Shown one piece after another: positions 47,100-61,500 of a DNA stretch of 64,000 nt (positions are counted from its first letter, which is position 1; each line of letters opens with the position of its first letter). This DNA is from Azolla caroliniana (lineage: Eukaryota > Plantae > Polypodiophyta). The notes under the pieces were generated by a model. That model did not search any database. It saw nothing but the letters and a program-made list of their open reading frames with translations, and was not told the origin of the DNA. The position numbers and the translations under genes are program-made. The DNA is taken from the NCBI GenBank assembly GCA_043228905.1, contig JBHGNT010000018.1, positions 13,454,001-13,518,000 on the forward strand, written 5' to 3'.

Positions 47100-49355
47100 C
47101 TCCGCCGGATGATTGTCCTTGTGCCAATTCTTTCCGCTCCAGCATAATTCGAATGGGCTTCGTCAATCCCATGAGTGTTCCCTTCATTGCAATTGGGGGT
47201 GTTTCAGAGCGTTGGGAGTCTTCTCCGACCCAACTGGTAGAGTATTGGGCCAGTAGTTGCTGCCTTCTGGATTGTTGCTGTGGCGTGCGTGCAGCTCTTT
47301 TCAGCTTCTTCGGCTTGAGAGTGAGTTGTGGTGGCGCTAGTATGGTCAGCCACAGGGCAACACCAGTCCAGGCCTTCTTGCCATCCGCTACTGTTGCAAT
47401 GGCCGTCCGGAATGAGTCTGCGGTTATTAATGGCCAATTGACCTACAATCCCTCGTAGATAGCAATAATGAAACTGGCTCTCTTCTTCGGCATTGCTAGT
47501 GGTCGTGAATGGACAAAGCTGTATTCTAATAGAACCTTGGTGATGTCCCGAAATTGCTCATTTGGACCACCTTGTGTTCGGTACGCTTTACTTGCGATTG
47601 AGAAATCACCGAAGTTCTCGTCTAATATGTCTGTAGCCAGATTCTCGATTGCCTGCAAGCCCCTAGATTGGACCTAGATAGTGGCCATGATGGTGGCTTC
47701 CGAGATACCCTCCACATCGATTGTCTTGGCCACCTTTTCCGGTTCCTGATGGGGAGGTGCTTCGGCCACCCGGATAAAGCCTTCCAGCCCGTGCTCTTGC
47801 AACTACATAGTTCTTACCTTCTGCGGATAACTCAATCGGGCCTGTCTCTTCTTCTTCTTCTTCTTCTAGGGTGCTCCGGAGTTGCACTTCCAGTGATTTG
47901 CCTATGCTCTAGTTGTCTCTGCTCCGGTTTGCGATCGAAATTTTTCTGTCTCTGAATGAGATGCCTTCACTTTTTCGGTGACCGTCTATTCCCATCTCTC
48001 TATGTCCTCTGTCCACGTGTCGCCACCTGCTCTTGGTTGTCACGCCTATAGTAGTTAATGCACATCGTGGCTAATTATGGCATTATCATGACGTGTGGTG
48101 TTTATTTACTACCCTCCTAACGTCATGCGCGTAATTGCCTTTTCCATCATTGTCTTTTCGCATCCATAATATATATATATATATATTTCATATTACAGTT
48201 TTGTACATACTACGTACGTCGGTCGTACAACATGATCTACCCGCCGACTCCGGGTGTCGTAGATTCCTTTGACTGATTGGTCCGACCGATCCTCCAACCC
48301 GGTTACCCTTGGTACCTGTCCGGATGAACCATCGTTTCGAACTATCGGATCATCCGGTCGTCTATGGGTGCTTGTCATTGTCCTGTTCCCACCGTCTTGG
48401 TTCCATTCCTGATTTTGCTGGTCTTTGAACAAATTTGCCAACATCGTTCTTTTATATGGCTTCAACCGGAATCCGTTGACCCATTTGTCGAATACTTCCC
48501 GGATTAAGGTTCCCAGGTGATACGATCCATTGAACTCTTTGATTATCCAGTACGGTCCCGTCCATCAAAACTTCAGTTTGCTTGGCATTTGTCCCATCCA
48601 GGTCTAGAATACCAACACCGATTTCCCGATTCCGAACTGTTTCTCGTTCCCTTTTCGGTGACGATCAACGAATGCTTTCCTCCATCGTTGTTCCAGTTCC
48701 ATTTGCATTAAACTTTGTATTCGATGTTCTTCTAGTTTGAGCAATTTCTCCAATCGAATCTGTTCCGACTCTCATTCGCTTAGCCGTTCTTGTACTTGTA
48801 CGTGTAAACTTGGGATTTGGAATTCTATCGGCATTACCGCCTCCAATTCGAAAGCCATCCGGAATGGTGTCGACCAGATGCTTGTCTTATAACTCATTTG
48901 GTATGCCCACAACACGCTTTGCAACTTCGTGTTGCAATCCGTCCAATTCTAGTTCACAATCTTCTTCAAAATGTTATGGAGTGTCTTGTTTGTAGATTCG
49001 GCTAATCCGTTAGCCCGTGGGTGGTACATAGTCTTCCTCTTATGGACGATGGCATAAAACAATGTTAAGCTATCTACTAGGCTAATGAAGTGGCCACCGT
49101 GATCACTGATAAGTTCAATCAGACATCTGAACCTACACCAAATGTTCTCGTACAGAAATTTCACTGTTGAAGCCGTCATGTTATCGCGTAGTGCCTTGGC
49201 TTCCACCCATTTGGTGCAATAATCCATGGTGATTATGATGTACTTATTACCAGTTCGTGCTGCCGCCGACTTAAAGGGTCTGACAAAATCCAACCCCCAC
49301 TTCTGAAATGGTTCTAGGGGTAGGATCGGCTGGTGTGGCATCCGTGCCTGCTCGG

Positions 49356-50795
49356 TGTTGGCATAAAAGGCTGACTCCTTCCACTTTTTATCCTTACTAG
49401 TGTGAACACGTCCAATAGTTATGGCTTAGTATATACACAATAACCTAACATTGTAACCCAAGGCTGTTGATCATTCTTGTATCTTGAGCCACATAGAGTG
49501 TGAGAGAGAACATAAATAACAAAGCTTCCATTAAATGTTAAGAGCGTGTTCGGCTCCTTGTCTGTCATACTATATGTGTTGTCTGCTGTGCATAACCGAG
49601 AGGTCCTCAAACGTTCTTCCGCGCATATCTGCTAACAATTGGTATCAGGGTGACCTACTATTTGGCGGCAACAAACAATAGAAAAAGCTGAAAGAGAAAA
49701 GATTAGGTTAGTGAATCACACTTCCATAAAGAACATGGCTTCAACATCCGGTATAGGAGTTGAGATCCTAAAGTTCGACGGCAAAAACTTTGCTCTATGG
49801 AAGGAGATGATGCAAGACATGTTGATCATTTGAAGACAGGTCGAAGTCATCCGGCACAACGAAAAACCTGCTTCAATGTCAGCCGAAGAGTGGAGATCAA
49901 TAGATGACATCTCTCGCTCCACCATTCGGATGCAACTAGCTGAAAACGTCTACTTCAGCATGGCAAAAGAGACTACAACGTTCTCACTGTGGGAGAAGCC
50001 ACAAGCTGTATTTGAGAAGAAGTCCTCATCATCGAAACTGATATGGATCAGACAACTATTCAACATGAAGATGAGAGAGACCGATCCAACCACCTCCTAC
50101 ATCAACACCTTCAGTCATGTGTAATCTAAACTCTCCTCACAAGGGATCAACTTGGAAGAATAAGTGAAAGCCCTTGCCCTCCTATCAAGCTTGCCGATGA
50201 GTTGGGAGGTATTCTGCACGACATTCGCCAATAGTCGTCTGATCCTAAATCTAGATGAGATGATCAGCCAAGTCCTCATTGAGGATATTTGACGAAAATC
50301 GATGGGACTCACCATCCTTGAATCGGCAGAATCCCAACACTCGACCGAGTTGATCAATTGACCGAGTAGATTGAAAGAACAAGCTGATAGAACCGGTCAG
50401 AATACCAATCAGTCGAAAACGAGGGGAGACCGACAACGGTCGAAGTCGAGAACGGGCCAATCAAGCGAATTTTGCACCCATTGTAGAAAGACAGTCACAA
50501 TGTTTCCGACTGCTGGTCGATCAAGAGGGAAGAGAGTGGTCGGCGATCCAAATGGAATCAAGGATGATCTGACTCGACCACTCTCCAGTTGGCAACCAAG
50601 TCAATGTTGCCGACACCCGATCAGGAGAAATCCTCTCCTTACAGGACTCGATGATCGGAGAAGTTCTCTATAGTGCACAAGATGCACATATGTGGTTGCT
50701 GGACTTCGGGGTCTCACGTAACAACATCGAATGGTTCTCGAACTATTCGGCCGGCACCAGTGGCACAATCCGACTAGGCAATGGGCAGGAGTGCT
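49356..50795 (+). mobile_element. Copia 5' fragment: LTR 49356-49637, PBS about 49640-49651, degenerate gag to protease start
   Basis: TGTTGG...CTAACA, TGGTATCAGGG, KFDGKNFALWK; homologous to 22651-24079. Confidence 0.85.
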
Positions 50796-50970
50796 AACTG
50801 TTTCTAGTAAAATATATGTCCTCTTTGATTTTCATAACGTATTTGGTGCTCTTATAGTGCTAACTGTTTCTAGTAATGTATATATCCTCTTTGGTTTTCA
50901 TAAAGTGTTTGGTGCTCTTATAGTGTTAATTGTTTCTCGTCATGTATATATCCTCTTTTGTTCACTATAA
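50794..50970. repeat. Tandem repeat, about three units of about 67 bp
   Basis: GTGCTAACTGTTTCTAGTAA...TTTGGTGCTCTTATA repeated. Confidence 0.7.
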
Positions 50971-51862
50971 CAACTATTATGCAAAGTATGCTTTAGTAAA
51001 AGATGCACCCACCGCCATAATCTATGTTGAGGCCATTATCGCAATCAAGTTCACTATGACTCAAAAAAAGCACAAGGTTAAGGGAAGTAAATTGTTTACA
51101 AGTTCCCTGAAGAGGTACATGATGTCATAAACATCTTTGGACTGTAATGGACTCAACATTCATCTTCTCATAAAACATCATATTCATACTTAGAGAGAGA
51201 ACAAAAACAATGTCAGACATATCAATTCGGTACATAATAAGTATAAAAGAGATATATCATTTCGATATGACAATAACAAGTACAGACCATGACCCATAAA
51301 ATCTTCGGCACTAGTATTTTCTGGTACTTATAATGCATCAAGAACTGATCATCTCCTTCATTGATTTTACATCCGTCTATAGACTACTGAGTGGCACTTC
51401 ATCATTAGAGGCCAATAGGACAACATCAGATGGTTCCCCTCCTTGGACCGGTGGCACCCCCCTTGAGTTTTGTACTTTATTTTTTATACCAACATGAGAT
51501 GCACAATCATCCAGAAAGGTGCAGTTGATAGCAATATCATCATGTACCTCCTGGGTGCCGATGGATTCCTCGTCCTTCATTTGGTGTGGTTCCTCTTCGT
51601 GGGTGGTGGTTGTAATTTTCTGAGACTCATCCTAGCTGATGTCCACATCTTTCTTAGTACCCATGTACTACTCTTCGTGGGTGGTAGCTGTGTTTTTCAC
51701 ACACACATCTGGGATGGAGTTGTCCACATCTTTCGTAGTACCCATGTGCTCCTCTTCGTGGGTGGTAGTTGTGTTTTTCACTCACAATCCTCATGTGTGG
51801 TTGCGGTGTTGTCAGAGTCATCTTTTGTGCAAGGCATAGTCACGATCTCGGAGTCTTCGTCT

Positions 51863-52135
51863 TGACGGGAACTCAACGTTCCTTATGCGCAACGCTCGGC
51901 CACAACCGAGCTTAGGATCATACACAGAAAACGGGAAATAAAATGCACGACACAAAGGAGAGAAAAGGTAGACAACATGTTTACGTGGAAAACCCAAACT
52001 GAGGGAAAAACCACGGCAGCCCACAGGCTGCAAACTATCACTATATTGGAATGTACAAACAATGAGTTCACGGAGGCAACGACCTCATGCTCACGATCTT
52101 CGCCACAGGCGGCGGTTACAACAGAGGCAACAACC

Positions 52136-52179
<44 letters not shown>

Positions 52180-52794
52180 CAGTTACGCACACTAATCTCG
52201 TGCAAAACAGAAAATGACAACCACCACTAAAAGTTTGCCCTAAGTCATATTTATACTAATATGACTTTTCGGCTATTTACAAATATAGCCTCGATGAACT
52301 CTCAGAAAACATATTTACGAATATGTCTCTTCATCCGGTTCATACCGGGTCTGCACCATCCGGCTCTCCGTAGCCGGGTACTCCTCATCCGGTCTTCACC
52401 GGGTCTGTATCATCCGGCTCTCCGTAGCCGGGTACTCCTCATCCGGTCTTCATCGGGTCTGTATCATTCGGCTCTCCGTAGCCGGGTACTCCTCATTCGG
52501 TCTTCATCGGGTCTGTATCATCCGGGTCTGTATCATCCGGCTCTCCGTAGCCGGGTACTCCTCATCCGGCTCTCCGTAGCCGGGTTCTCCTCATCCGGTC
52601 TTCACTGGGTCTGTATCATCCGGCTCTCCGTAGCCGGGTACTCCTCATCCGGTCTTCACCGGGTTTGTATCATCCGGCTCTCCGTAGCCGGGTTCTTCTC
52701 ATACGGTTTCGGCCTCGGTCTATCGGCCTCGGCCGAGTTTGTTCATCGGCACTGTTCTTCTCCCTTCCCATCCGGAGGGACCTGTCTCCCAACA
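51863..52794 (-). mobile_element. Copia solo LTR (932 bp)
   Basis: TG...CA termini, perfect TSD CGTCT, homologous to LTRs at 21652 and 58565. Confidence 0.93.
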
Positions 52795-52974
52795 CGTCTC
52801 TACTCCATATAGTGCCTGAATCATCTTCTTGTATTTGTTAATCTCCTCGTTCTTTTCCAACTAAATCTGAATGCACCCAACAATACCAATGTGAATACCA
52901 ATCTCAATTAACATACAAGGTTAAGGTTCACACTCCTGCCTACTATTACATCAGCGTGATCCTCTACTTCTGTA

Positions 52975-53945
52975 GCCTATGCTAGTACTAGCCCACCTAA
53001 ATATAGAATAGATTAGACTAGTACTAAACCTACAGTACAACTAATTGTAGAATGAAGTGTGTACTATGTTAGTACTAGCTCACCTAAATATAGGATGGAT
53101 TCTAGTACTACACCAATTGTACACCTAAAGGTCTCTTGAAGTGTTTACTATGCTTGTACTAGCCCACCTAAATATAGAATAGATTCTAGTACTAAACCTA
53201 CAATACAACTAATTGTAGAATGAAGTGTGTACTATGTTTAAAGTACTAGGTCACCGAAATATAGAATGGATTCTAGTACTAAACCAATTGTACAACTAAT
53301 TGCAGAATGAAGTGTGTACTATGTTAGTACTAAGTACTAGCTCACTTATATCTAGGATGGATTCTAGTACTACACCAACTCTACACGTAAAGGTGTCCAG
53401 AAGTGTGTACTATGCTAGTACTAGCCCATCTAAATATAGAATGGATACTAGTACTAAACCAACAATACAACTATTTGCAGAATGAAATGTGTACTATTTT
53501 AGTACTAGCTCACCTAAATATAGGATGGATACTAGTGTACTACATCAACTATACACCTAAAGGTCTCCTAAATTTGTACTATGCTTGTCCTAGCCCACCT
53601 AAATATAGAATGGATTCTAGCACTAAACCAATTGTACAACTGATTCCAGAATGAAGTGTGTACTATGTTAGTACTAGCTCACCTAAATATAGGATGGATT
53701 CTAGTACTACACCAACTATACACTTAAAGGTCTCCTGAAGTGTATAATATGCTAGTATTAGTCCACCTATACATAGAATAGATTGTAGTACTAAACCAAT
53801 TGTACAACTACTTACTGAATGAAGTGCATACTATGTTAGTACTAGCCCACGTAAATATAAGATGGATTTTAGTACTCCACCAATTGTATACCTAAAAGTG
53901 TCCTGAAGTGTGTACTATGCTAGTACTAGCCCACCTAAATATTGA
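52975..53945. repeat. Minisatellite, about 12 units of about 84 bp
   Basis: TACTATGYTAGTACTAGCYCACCTAAATATAGRATGGATTCTAGTACTA... repeated with two alternating variants. Confidence 0.9.
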
Positions 53946-54772
53946 AGGGATTCAGTAAGAGTAGCATGTTTAGTACTACAACAACTATACACCAACATGT
54001 AAAGTTATGATGAATGCACAAGAACTAAACGACATAAATATCAATGCAACATATAGTATATGGAGCGAAACTAGTACTAAACCATGAATTTTATTTTCTG
54101 GTATGAATTATGACCTAAACCAATACTAAAGCAACTATAAAATGGAATCAGAAAATACTAAAAAACAAAATAGCAGTATCACATACCAGAGGAGTGAACT
54201 TTGAAACCCATAGCTAAGTACCATTAAGCTCCAACCGTATTTTATAGTCCATGCATGTATTTACTTTCTAAAAGTGGTACTTAGCACATAGCGTATGATA
54301 TGTGTGCAAACACAATGTAATCACAACATCCATAGCCTCGATCTTGAATCCAAGGCCATAGAATACACACCTGCACTTGGAGACACAAACTACAACATAA
54401 TAGCTAAAGGAGAAAAATATAAACCATAGAAGGTAAAAGGAGAGATATCCTCACAGGCATCCTCAGACTTCAAGCCAGTGTTTGTACTGGAGGACTCTCT
54501 ATAATGTGATGACTGGTGACGAGTAAAGTCTTCCAAGTCAACTTCAATGTCACTTGAACTTCACATGCAAAAACACATGTGCTTCACCCTTTCTTTGGTG
54601 TGTTTCTATTTACTTTCTTTGATGGGGGGTCCACATTCTTTCCTTTGTGGGTGTCATCACTTCATCTTTGACTAGTGCCTTCTTTGTCAATTTTCTAGTT
54701 CTCACTCTTCTTCTAAAAAAGCTTCCACAACACAGTATTAACTCCCTTGCATAGCTATAAACTAGTACTTCA

Positions 54773-57700
54773 TGTTGAGAAGCAAGCTCAACATGGTATG
54801 TGATGCTTATTAGGAAATAAGCTATAGTAGCTATTTAGCTACTTGTGAACATAAAGGAGAAACAACTAATTAGCTACTGACTGTTATTTAGCGACTGATA
54901 GCTAATTAGCTACTGACAACTATTTAGCAACTGACAACTAATTAGCTACAAGCATGTAATTAGCTGCATACGTAAGTAACTTATTACTTAGGTAAAAAGT
55001 AAGAGAGTAGGTAAGTAAGAAAATATACAGGAAGTAGAACTCTAAGAGAGAGAGTTAGGATAGAGAGGAAGAACTCAGAGAGTGAGAGTAGAAGAGAGAA
55101 ACAGACGAGAGGAAGTAGAGCTCTGCGTGTAATGAAATAGAAGAAGTGTTGGCTGCTACAGAGGTAAGTCTGCTTCCCCCTTCCCTTCTGTGTTTGAGCA
55201 CAAAACGATCTAGCACACCACGATACGCCGCACACATAAGAAGAGCCTTAGTGCCTTCTTCACGTTTTCTTAACATGGTATCAGAGCAAGTTGCTCATAA
55301 AGAAGAGTACAGAAGTGCATAGAACTGAGAAAGGTATTTCTCTGGTTGTTGATCTGAATCAGAAAGTTACTTGTTGAAGTAATCGTAACAGAAACCCTAG
55401 TTTGGAAGAGATAATGGTTGTAGAGAATGTGGGCCAAATAGTTATAGAGAAACTAGATAAAAACAATTTCCTGGCGTGGAAATTTAGAATGACAAATTTC
55501 CTGATGGGGAAAGGATACTGGGATTACATTGAAGGAGACCTAGAAGAGGCTTCGGAGATCCTAGAAGAAAATGCCACAACAGCACAGATTAAAGCATTCA
55601 AAGATTGGAATCAAGGGGCAAGGAAGGTAATGCATTGGCTCTCACTTAGCATCTCAGATTCGATGCTTGGGCACATACAGGATGCTATGCTCCCAAAAGA
55701 AGCTTGGGACAGTATGGTAAAATTGTTTGCAGTAAACACAAAAGCTAGAAAGCTACAGTTGAAGACTGAGCTAAATACCTTAGAAAAAGGTAAGATGTCA
55801 ATAAATGAGTATGCTTTGAAAATAAAGAGCATATGTGAATCACTTGCTTCTATCAATGTAAAGATAGAAGATGATGATAAGGTAGAAATATGCTTGAGAG
55901 GCTTAGGACCTCAATACAAAAGCTTTAAAACCTCTATGCTTACAAGGGATAGTATCCCAAGTTTTTCAAATCTGGTTTCAATGCTTGTAGTAGAAGAAAG
56001 GAATCAGATGGATGATGTAAATAAAGGAAATCTTGAGAATGAGGGGCAAGCCCTATATAATAGTGCTGGAAGAGGCCGAGGAAGAGGCCATGGAAGATTT
56101 GGCTCAGCAAGAACCAACAATAATGGTTATCAAGGAAGAGGACAACAAACCATTAGAGGAAGAAACAACAGAGGCAGGGGGAGCAACCAAGGTAGAGGTA
56201 AGCAAACATATGTAAATGATGATGGCTGTTGGTATTGTGGAAAACCAGGCCACACATAGGCTGAATGTTACAAGAAGCAAAATGATGAGCAAAGAGGAAA
56301 GAGACAGCAGAATAACTATGCCCAAACTAGTGAAGATTGTGAAAAAAATGGTGCATTTGTGGTACAACATGAGATAGCAGTAGTGGCTGAAAGCTTATAG
56401 AAATGTAATGAAGAGTTTACATGGTATGTAGACTCGGGGGCATCTAACCATATGATTGGACATGCAAACTGGTTTGAAAGGTTAAGAGAACCAGAGATTC
56501 CTGGCTATGTACAGACGGGTGATAATAGTACTCACCAAATAGAACATGTTGGAGATATCCCATTGTGGGAAGAAAAAGGAAAAACTAAGTATATGTTGAA
56601 TGTAATGCATGTTCCAAATCTTGTTAAGAATCTGATTTCTGTTGGACAGATAGTAGAGCAAGGTATGCAAGTAAAGTTTAAGCAAAGTGGATGCTATATA
56701 GAAAAGAATGGGAAGCTCATTGCAAAAGGAAAACGACAAGGAAGAATGTTTATTTTGGATGTTGACATGCCTAGACAGATTTCAACTATGTTTGCAAATG
56801 GAATGAGTGTAGTCTCAGATGTGGAAATGTGGCATAAAAGGATTGGCGACATAAGTATGCAAACCCTAAAGAATATGTTGAGAAAAGATGCAGTGGCTGG
56901 ACTGCCAAAACTGAAAAACTGTGAAATGGGAAAGATATGTGAAGCATGTCAATATGGAAAGCAAAATAGGTTGTCATTCCCTCATGAAAGACATGTAAGT
57001 AAGAATTTGTTGGATTTGGTACATACGGATGTATGGGGACCAACTAAGAATGCATCTATCGGTGGCTGCAGATTCTATGTAACTTTTATTGATGATTGCT
57101 CAAGGAAAACATGGGTGTACCTCATGAAAGAGAAAAGTGAAGTGTTTGAATGTTTTCGTAAGTTTAAATGCATGGTAGAAAAGCAGGCAGGTACAAGAAT
57201 AAAATGTTTAAGATCTGACGGAGGAGGAGAGTATTTCTCCAATGAATTTTCTGATTTTCTATGCAATCAGGGAATAAGAAGACAGTTCACATGTAGATAT
57301 ACTCCACAGCAAAATGGAGTTGCTGAGAGGAAAAACAGAACATTGGTGAACATTGCAAGGGCTTTGATGACAGAGAAGAATATGCCATTGTACTATTGGG
57401 CAGAAGCTATAAATACAACACATTATATTCTAAATAGATGTATAACATCGGGAGTACATGAAGTAATTCCTGAAGAGTGTTTCTATGGAAGGAAACCTAG
57501 TTTAGAACACTTAAAAGTGTTTGGATGCCTTGCATATGTACATGTGCCTGCAAAAGTAAGAAGTAAGTTGGATCCAAAAGCAGAAAAATGTATTTTTGTT
57601 GGCTATTCAGAAGAACAAAAAGGGTATAGATGCTATAACCCTGTAACAAAGAAGATTGTGACAAGTAGGGATGTAATCTTTGATGAGTTAGCCAGCTGGT

Positions 57701-58564
57701 ACAATCCAAAACAGAATCCAGAGACTGATGAACACAATGAGATTGAAGACAAAGACAAATCTGAAAATGTAGAAGACTGCCACAGAGATGGAAGCAAGGT
57801 TGGACAGCAAAGTCCAACATCAACAGAATGTTCTAGACCATCAAAAAGCTCAGATGGTAAATCTGATTCGAATTCTTGGAGTGGAAAAAGTGGAGGACAC
57901 AAAAAATGTGATGATAAAAAAGGAAAACAGAAAATGCCAGAGTATGAAATGTTGGATGACTTGTCTAAAAACATGGAAGATGAGCATTCAGATATGTCAT
58001 TGGATGATCTTCTTGGTATAAGAGGATTGAAAATCCCTGGTATGGAAAAAGCATTGAAGGATGCAAATCAGAAACTGAGAAGATCAGATAGAGAGAAAAA
58101 AACTGTTGAAAGATTTGGTTATGATACATATGTGGCTATGCATTATGCATATATGTCTAAGGTGGTACAGATCCCTGATCCAAATAGTTTTGATGAGGCT
58201 AAATTTGAGAAGAAATGGGTGGATGCAATGCAAGAAGAGATTGATGCATTGGCTGAAAACATAACATGGGATTTGGTGAAGTTACCAATGAAAAGAAAAA
58301 AATGTGGTAGGTTGCAAATGGGTCTACAAGACAAAGCATGATTCCAATGGGAATGTAAGTAGACATAAAGCAAGATTGGTTGCAAAGGGATATGCCCAAA
58401 TGCAAGGAATTGATTATGATGAGACATTTGCACTGGTTGCAAAGATGGCAACATTGAGGACATTACTAGCTGTAGGTGCAGCCAGAAGATGGTTTCTTCA
58501 TCATATGGATGTAAAAAATGCCTTTTTACATGGTAACTTGGAAGAAGAAGTGTATATGTGTCAA
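54773..58564 (+). mobile_element. Copia element: 5' LTR 54773-55275, PBS 55276-55287, gag-pol pseudogene cut in RT by the 58565 insertion
   Basis: ORFs 55402-56259, 56452-58341 and 58304-58618 ([34 protein letters not shown]); in-frame TAG stops and a frameshift near 58300. Confidence 0.93.
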
Positions 58565-61500
58565 TGTAAGGAAATCACCGCTTGGATTCACCTTCTTCGC
58601 TCGGCCACAACCGATTAATCGCGGATCAATGTAGCAGAAAATAGGAAATACAGAGAAAGACGCGATACACAGAGATTAACGTGGAAAACCCTATACGGGA
58701 AAAACCACGGGAGTGCGAGACTCCGAACCAAAACTATGCACAGAGAAATATACAATGGCGAGCTGCAAGGCAACGACCTTGAGCTCGCTGTCCTCGCCAC
58801 AGGCGGCGGAAGTACACAGAGGCGTCTACCTCTTCGTCTCTCTCGCGCTCTATCTCTCTCTCTCTCTCGGCTGCTCTCACTTCGCATGGAAAAATAAGCA
58901 ACAACATAAACTGTTTGCCCTAAGTCATATTTATACATATATGACTTTCGGGCTATTTACAAATATAGCCACAAGGGCTCTTAGCAAACATATTCACAAA
59001 TATGTCCCCGCATCCGAATCTCTATCCGGGTACTCTTCATCCGGCTCCGTAACCGGGGTCTTCATCATCCGGATCCGTATCCGGGTACTCTTCATCCGGC
59101 TCCGTAACCGGGGTCTTCATCATCCGGATCCGTATCCGGGTACTCTTCATCCGGCTCCATGCCGGGTACTCTTCATCCGGCTTCATGCCGGGTACTCTTC
59201 ATCCGGCTCCATGCCGGGTACTCTTCATCCGGCTCCATGCCGGGTACTCTTCATCCGGCTTCATGCCGGGTACTCTTCATCCGGCTTCATGCCGGGTACT
59301 CTTCATCATCCGGTTCCGTAACCGCAACCGGGCTTGCCGTCATTCATCTCCGGACATCCCATCCGGAGGGACCGAAATCCCAACAAACTCCCCCTTCACT
59401 TCGGCATGGGATGTCTCTCCAATCCGATCCTCTTCCGGCATGCTTCCAGCTTGTCGGGTGTGAGCACCTTGGTCAGCATATCTGACCCGTTCTCGTTCGT
59501 GTGGATCTTCGTCAGCACGAACTCCTTGTCTTCTATCCTTTCCCGGATCCAGTGGTATCTACGCTGGATGTGTTTCGTCCGGGAATGGTAGGCCGCGTTC
59601 TTTGCAAGGTGGATGGCACTCTGACTATCGCAGTAGAGTCGGTACTCCTCCTGCCGGATTCCGAGCTCTCTAATGAAGTCCTTCATCCATATTATTTCCT
59701 TGCCGGCTTCAACAGCTGCCATGTACTCCGCCTCCGTGGTTGACAACGCAACCGTCTTCTGCAGCCTCGACTGCCACGAAACGGCTCCCCCTGCATACGT
59801 CATCACATACCCTGATGTGGACCGGCTGGTATCTGCATCAGCCGACATATCCGAATCGGTGAAACCGTCGAGTTCGGGTTTACCGGAGCCGAATCGGAGG
59901 CACACGTTTGCCGTGCCCTTCAGGTATCGAAGTATCCACTTGACCGCGTTCCAATGCTCTTTGCCGGGATTGCTCATGTACCGGCTCACCACTCCGACTG
60001 CGTATCCGATGTCCGGTCTCGTACACACCATGGCGTACATCAGGCTCCCGACAGCTGAGGCATACGGCACTTTCATCATATCCTCCTTTTCAGCCTTTGT
60101 CTTGGGACTTTGCTTGCTGGACAACTTGCAGTTTGCCGGTAGGGTTGATCCGACCGGTCTTGCTTCCGACATGTTGAACCGTTGAAGCACCTTTGTCACG
60201 TACTTCTCTTGTGACAGCCACAACTGCTTCTTGCTCCGGTCCCGGATGATGTGCATCCCTAGTATTTGTCTCGCCGGACCCAAGTCCTTCATTGAGAAGG
60301 TTCGGTGAAGAGCCTTCTTCAGCATCCGAATCTTGACCTGGTCCCGTCCGACGATCAACATGTCGTCCACGTACAGGAGGAGTATTAGAAAATCTCCTCC
60401 TTCGAACTTCTTCACAAACACGCAGTGGTCGGACTGCGTTTTGAGGTACCCTTCGTCGGTCATGAAGGAGTCGAACTTCCGGTACCATTGCCGGGGAGCC
60501 TGCTTCAGTCCGTAAAGGCTCTTCTTCAACCGGCATACCAGGTGCTCCTTCCCTTTCTTCTCGAATCCTTCCGGTTGCTGCATGTAGATCTCTTCTTCGA
60601 GGTCACCGTGAAGGAATGCCGTCTTCACGTCCATCTGTTCTACCTCGAGGTCCATGCTTGCCGCTATGCTCAGCACCGTCCGGATGGAGGTCATCTTTAC
60701 TACCGGGGCAAATATCTCGTCGAAGTCGACGCCCTTCTTCTGCTGGAACCCCTTCACCACGATCCTGGCTTTGTATCTCGGGGGGTTTCCGGCATCTCCC
60801 GGTTTCAGCTTGAACACCCACTTGTTACGGAGTGCCCGTTTTCCTTTCGGCAACTCCACAAGTTCATATGTGTGGTTCTCATGCAGGGAATCCATCTCGT
60901 CCTGCATGGCACTCAACCACCTGCGGCTCTGGGTGTCATGCTTTGCTTCTTCAAAGCTCTCCGGCTCCCCCTCGTCGGTTAGCAGCACATGCTCTGGTTC
61001 CGGAAATCTCCGGGGGGCCCTTCTCTCTCTTAGAGGATATCTCCGTTCCGGAGCTTCGGTAACTGGTTCTTCCGATTCTTCTTCATCCGAATCCATTTCG
61101 GGATCGGGGCCGGTTCCGGTATCATTTTCATCTTCTTCGGCCGGTTCTGTTTCTTCACCGTCTTCGGCCGGGTCCTCGAGTGCTAACCGGTCCCTTGCCG
61201 GTCGGGACTGCTCCTCGTAGAGTTGATCCTCACCGGTCGACTTGGAGCTCTTCATCTTCTTCTCCGACTCCCAGTCGGCGAGTGTCTTGTTCTCCATGAA
61301 GATGATATCTCGACTCCTGAATATCTTCTTGTCGACCGGGTCCCATACTCGGTAGCCGAACTCGTCGTCGCCGTAACCGAGGAATATGCATGGCCGGGTC
61401 TTCGGATCTAGCTTTCCTCTCCGGTCCTTTGCCACATGCACGTATGCGAGACACCCGAACACCTTCAGATGCCGGTAGGATACTTCCTTACCGGTCCACA

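Larger units (their letters stand above)
39892..49355 (-). mobile_element. 5'-truncated non-chromovirus gypsy (Athila/Tat-like), element D2: integrase, long extra ORF, tRNA-like motif and 3' LTR (39892-40315); interrupted by a copia
   Basis: Integrase PFQKWGLDF...DYCTKWVEA...YHPRANGLAE (48949-49341) and VNGFRLKPY tail; LTR TGTTT...AAACA resembles the D1 LTR; extra ORF homologous to the D1 ORF. Confidence 0.82.

Noticed and set aside
52261-52812. Repetitive ORFs in LTRs (also 58713-59485)
   Set aside because: Arise from GC-rich U3 tandem repeats lacking stop codons.
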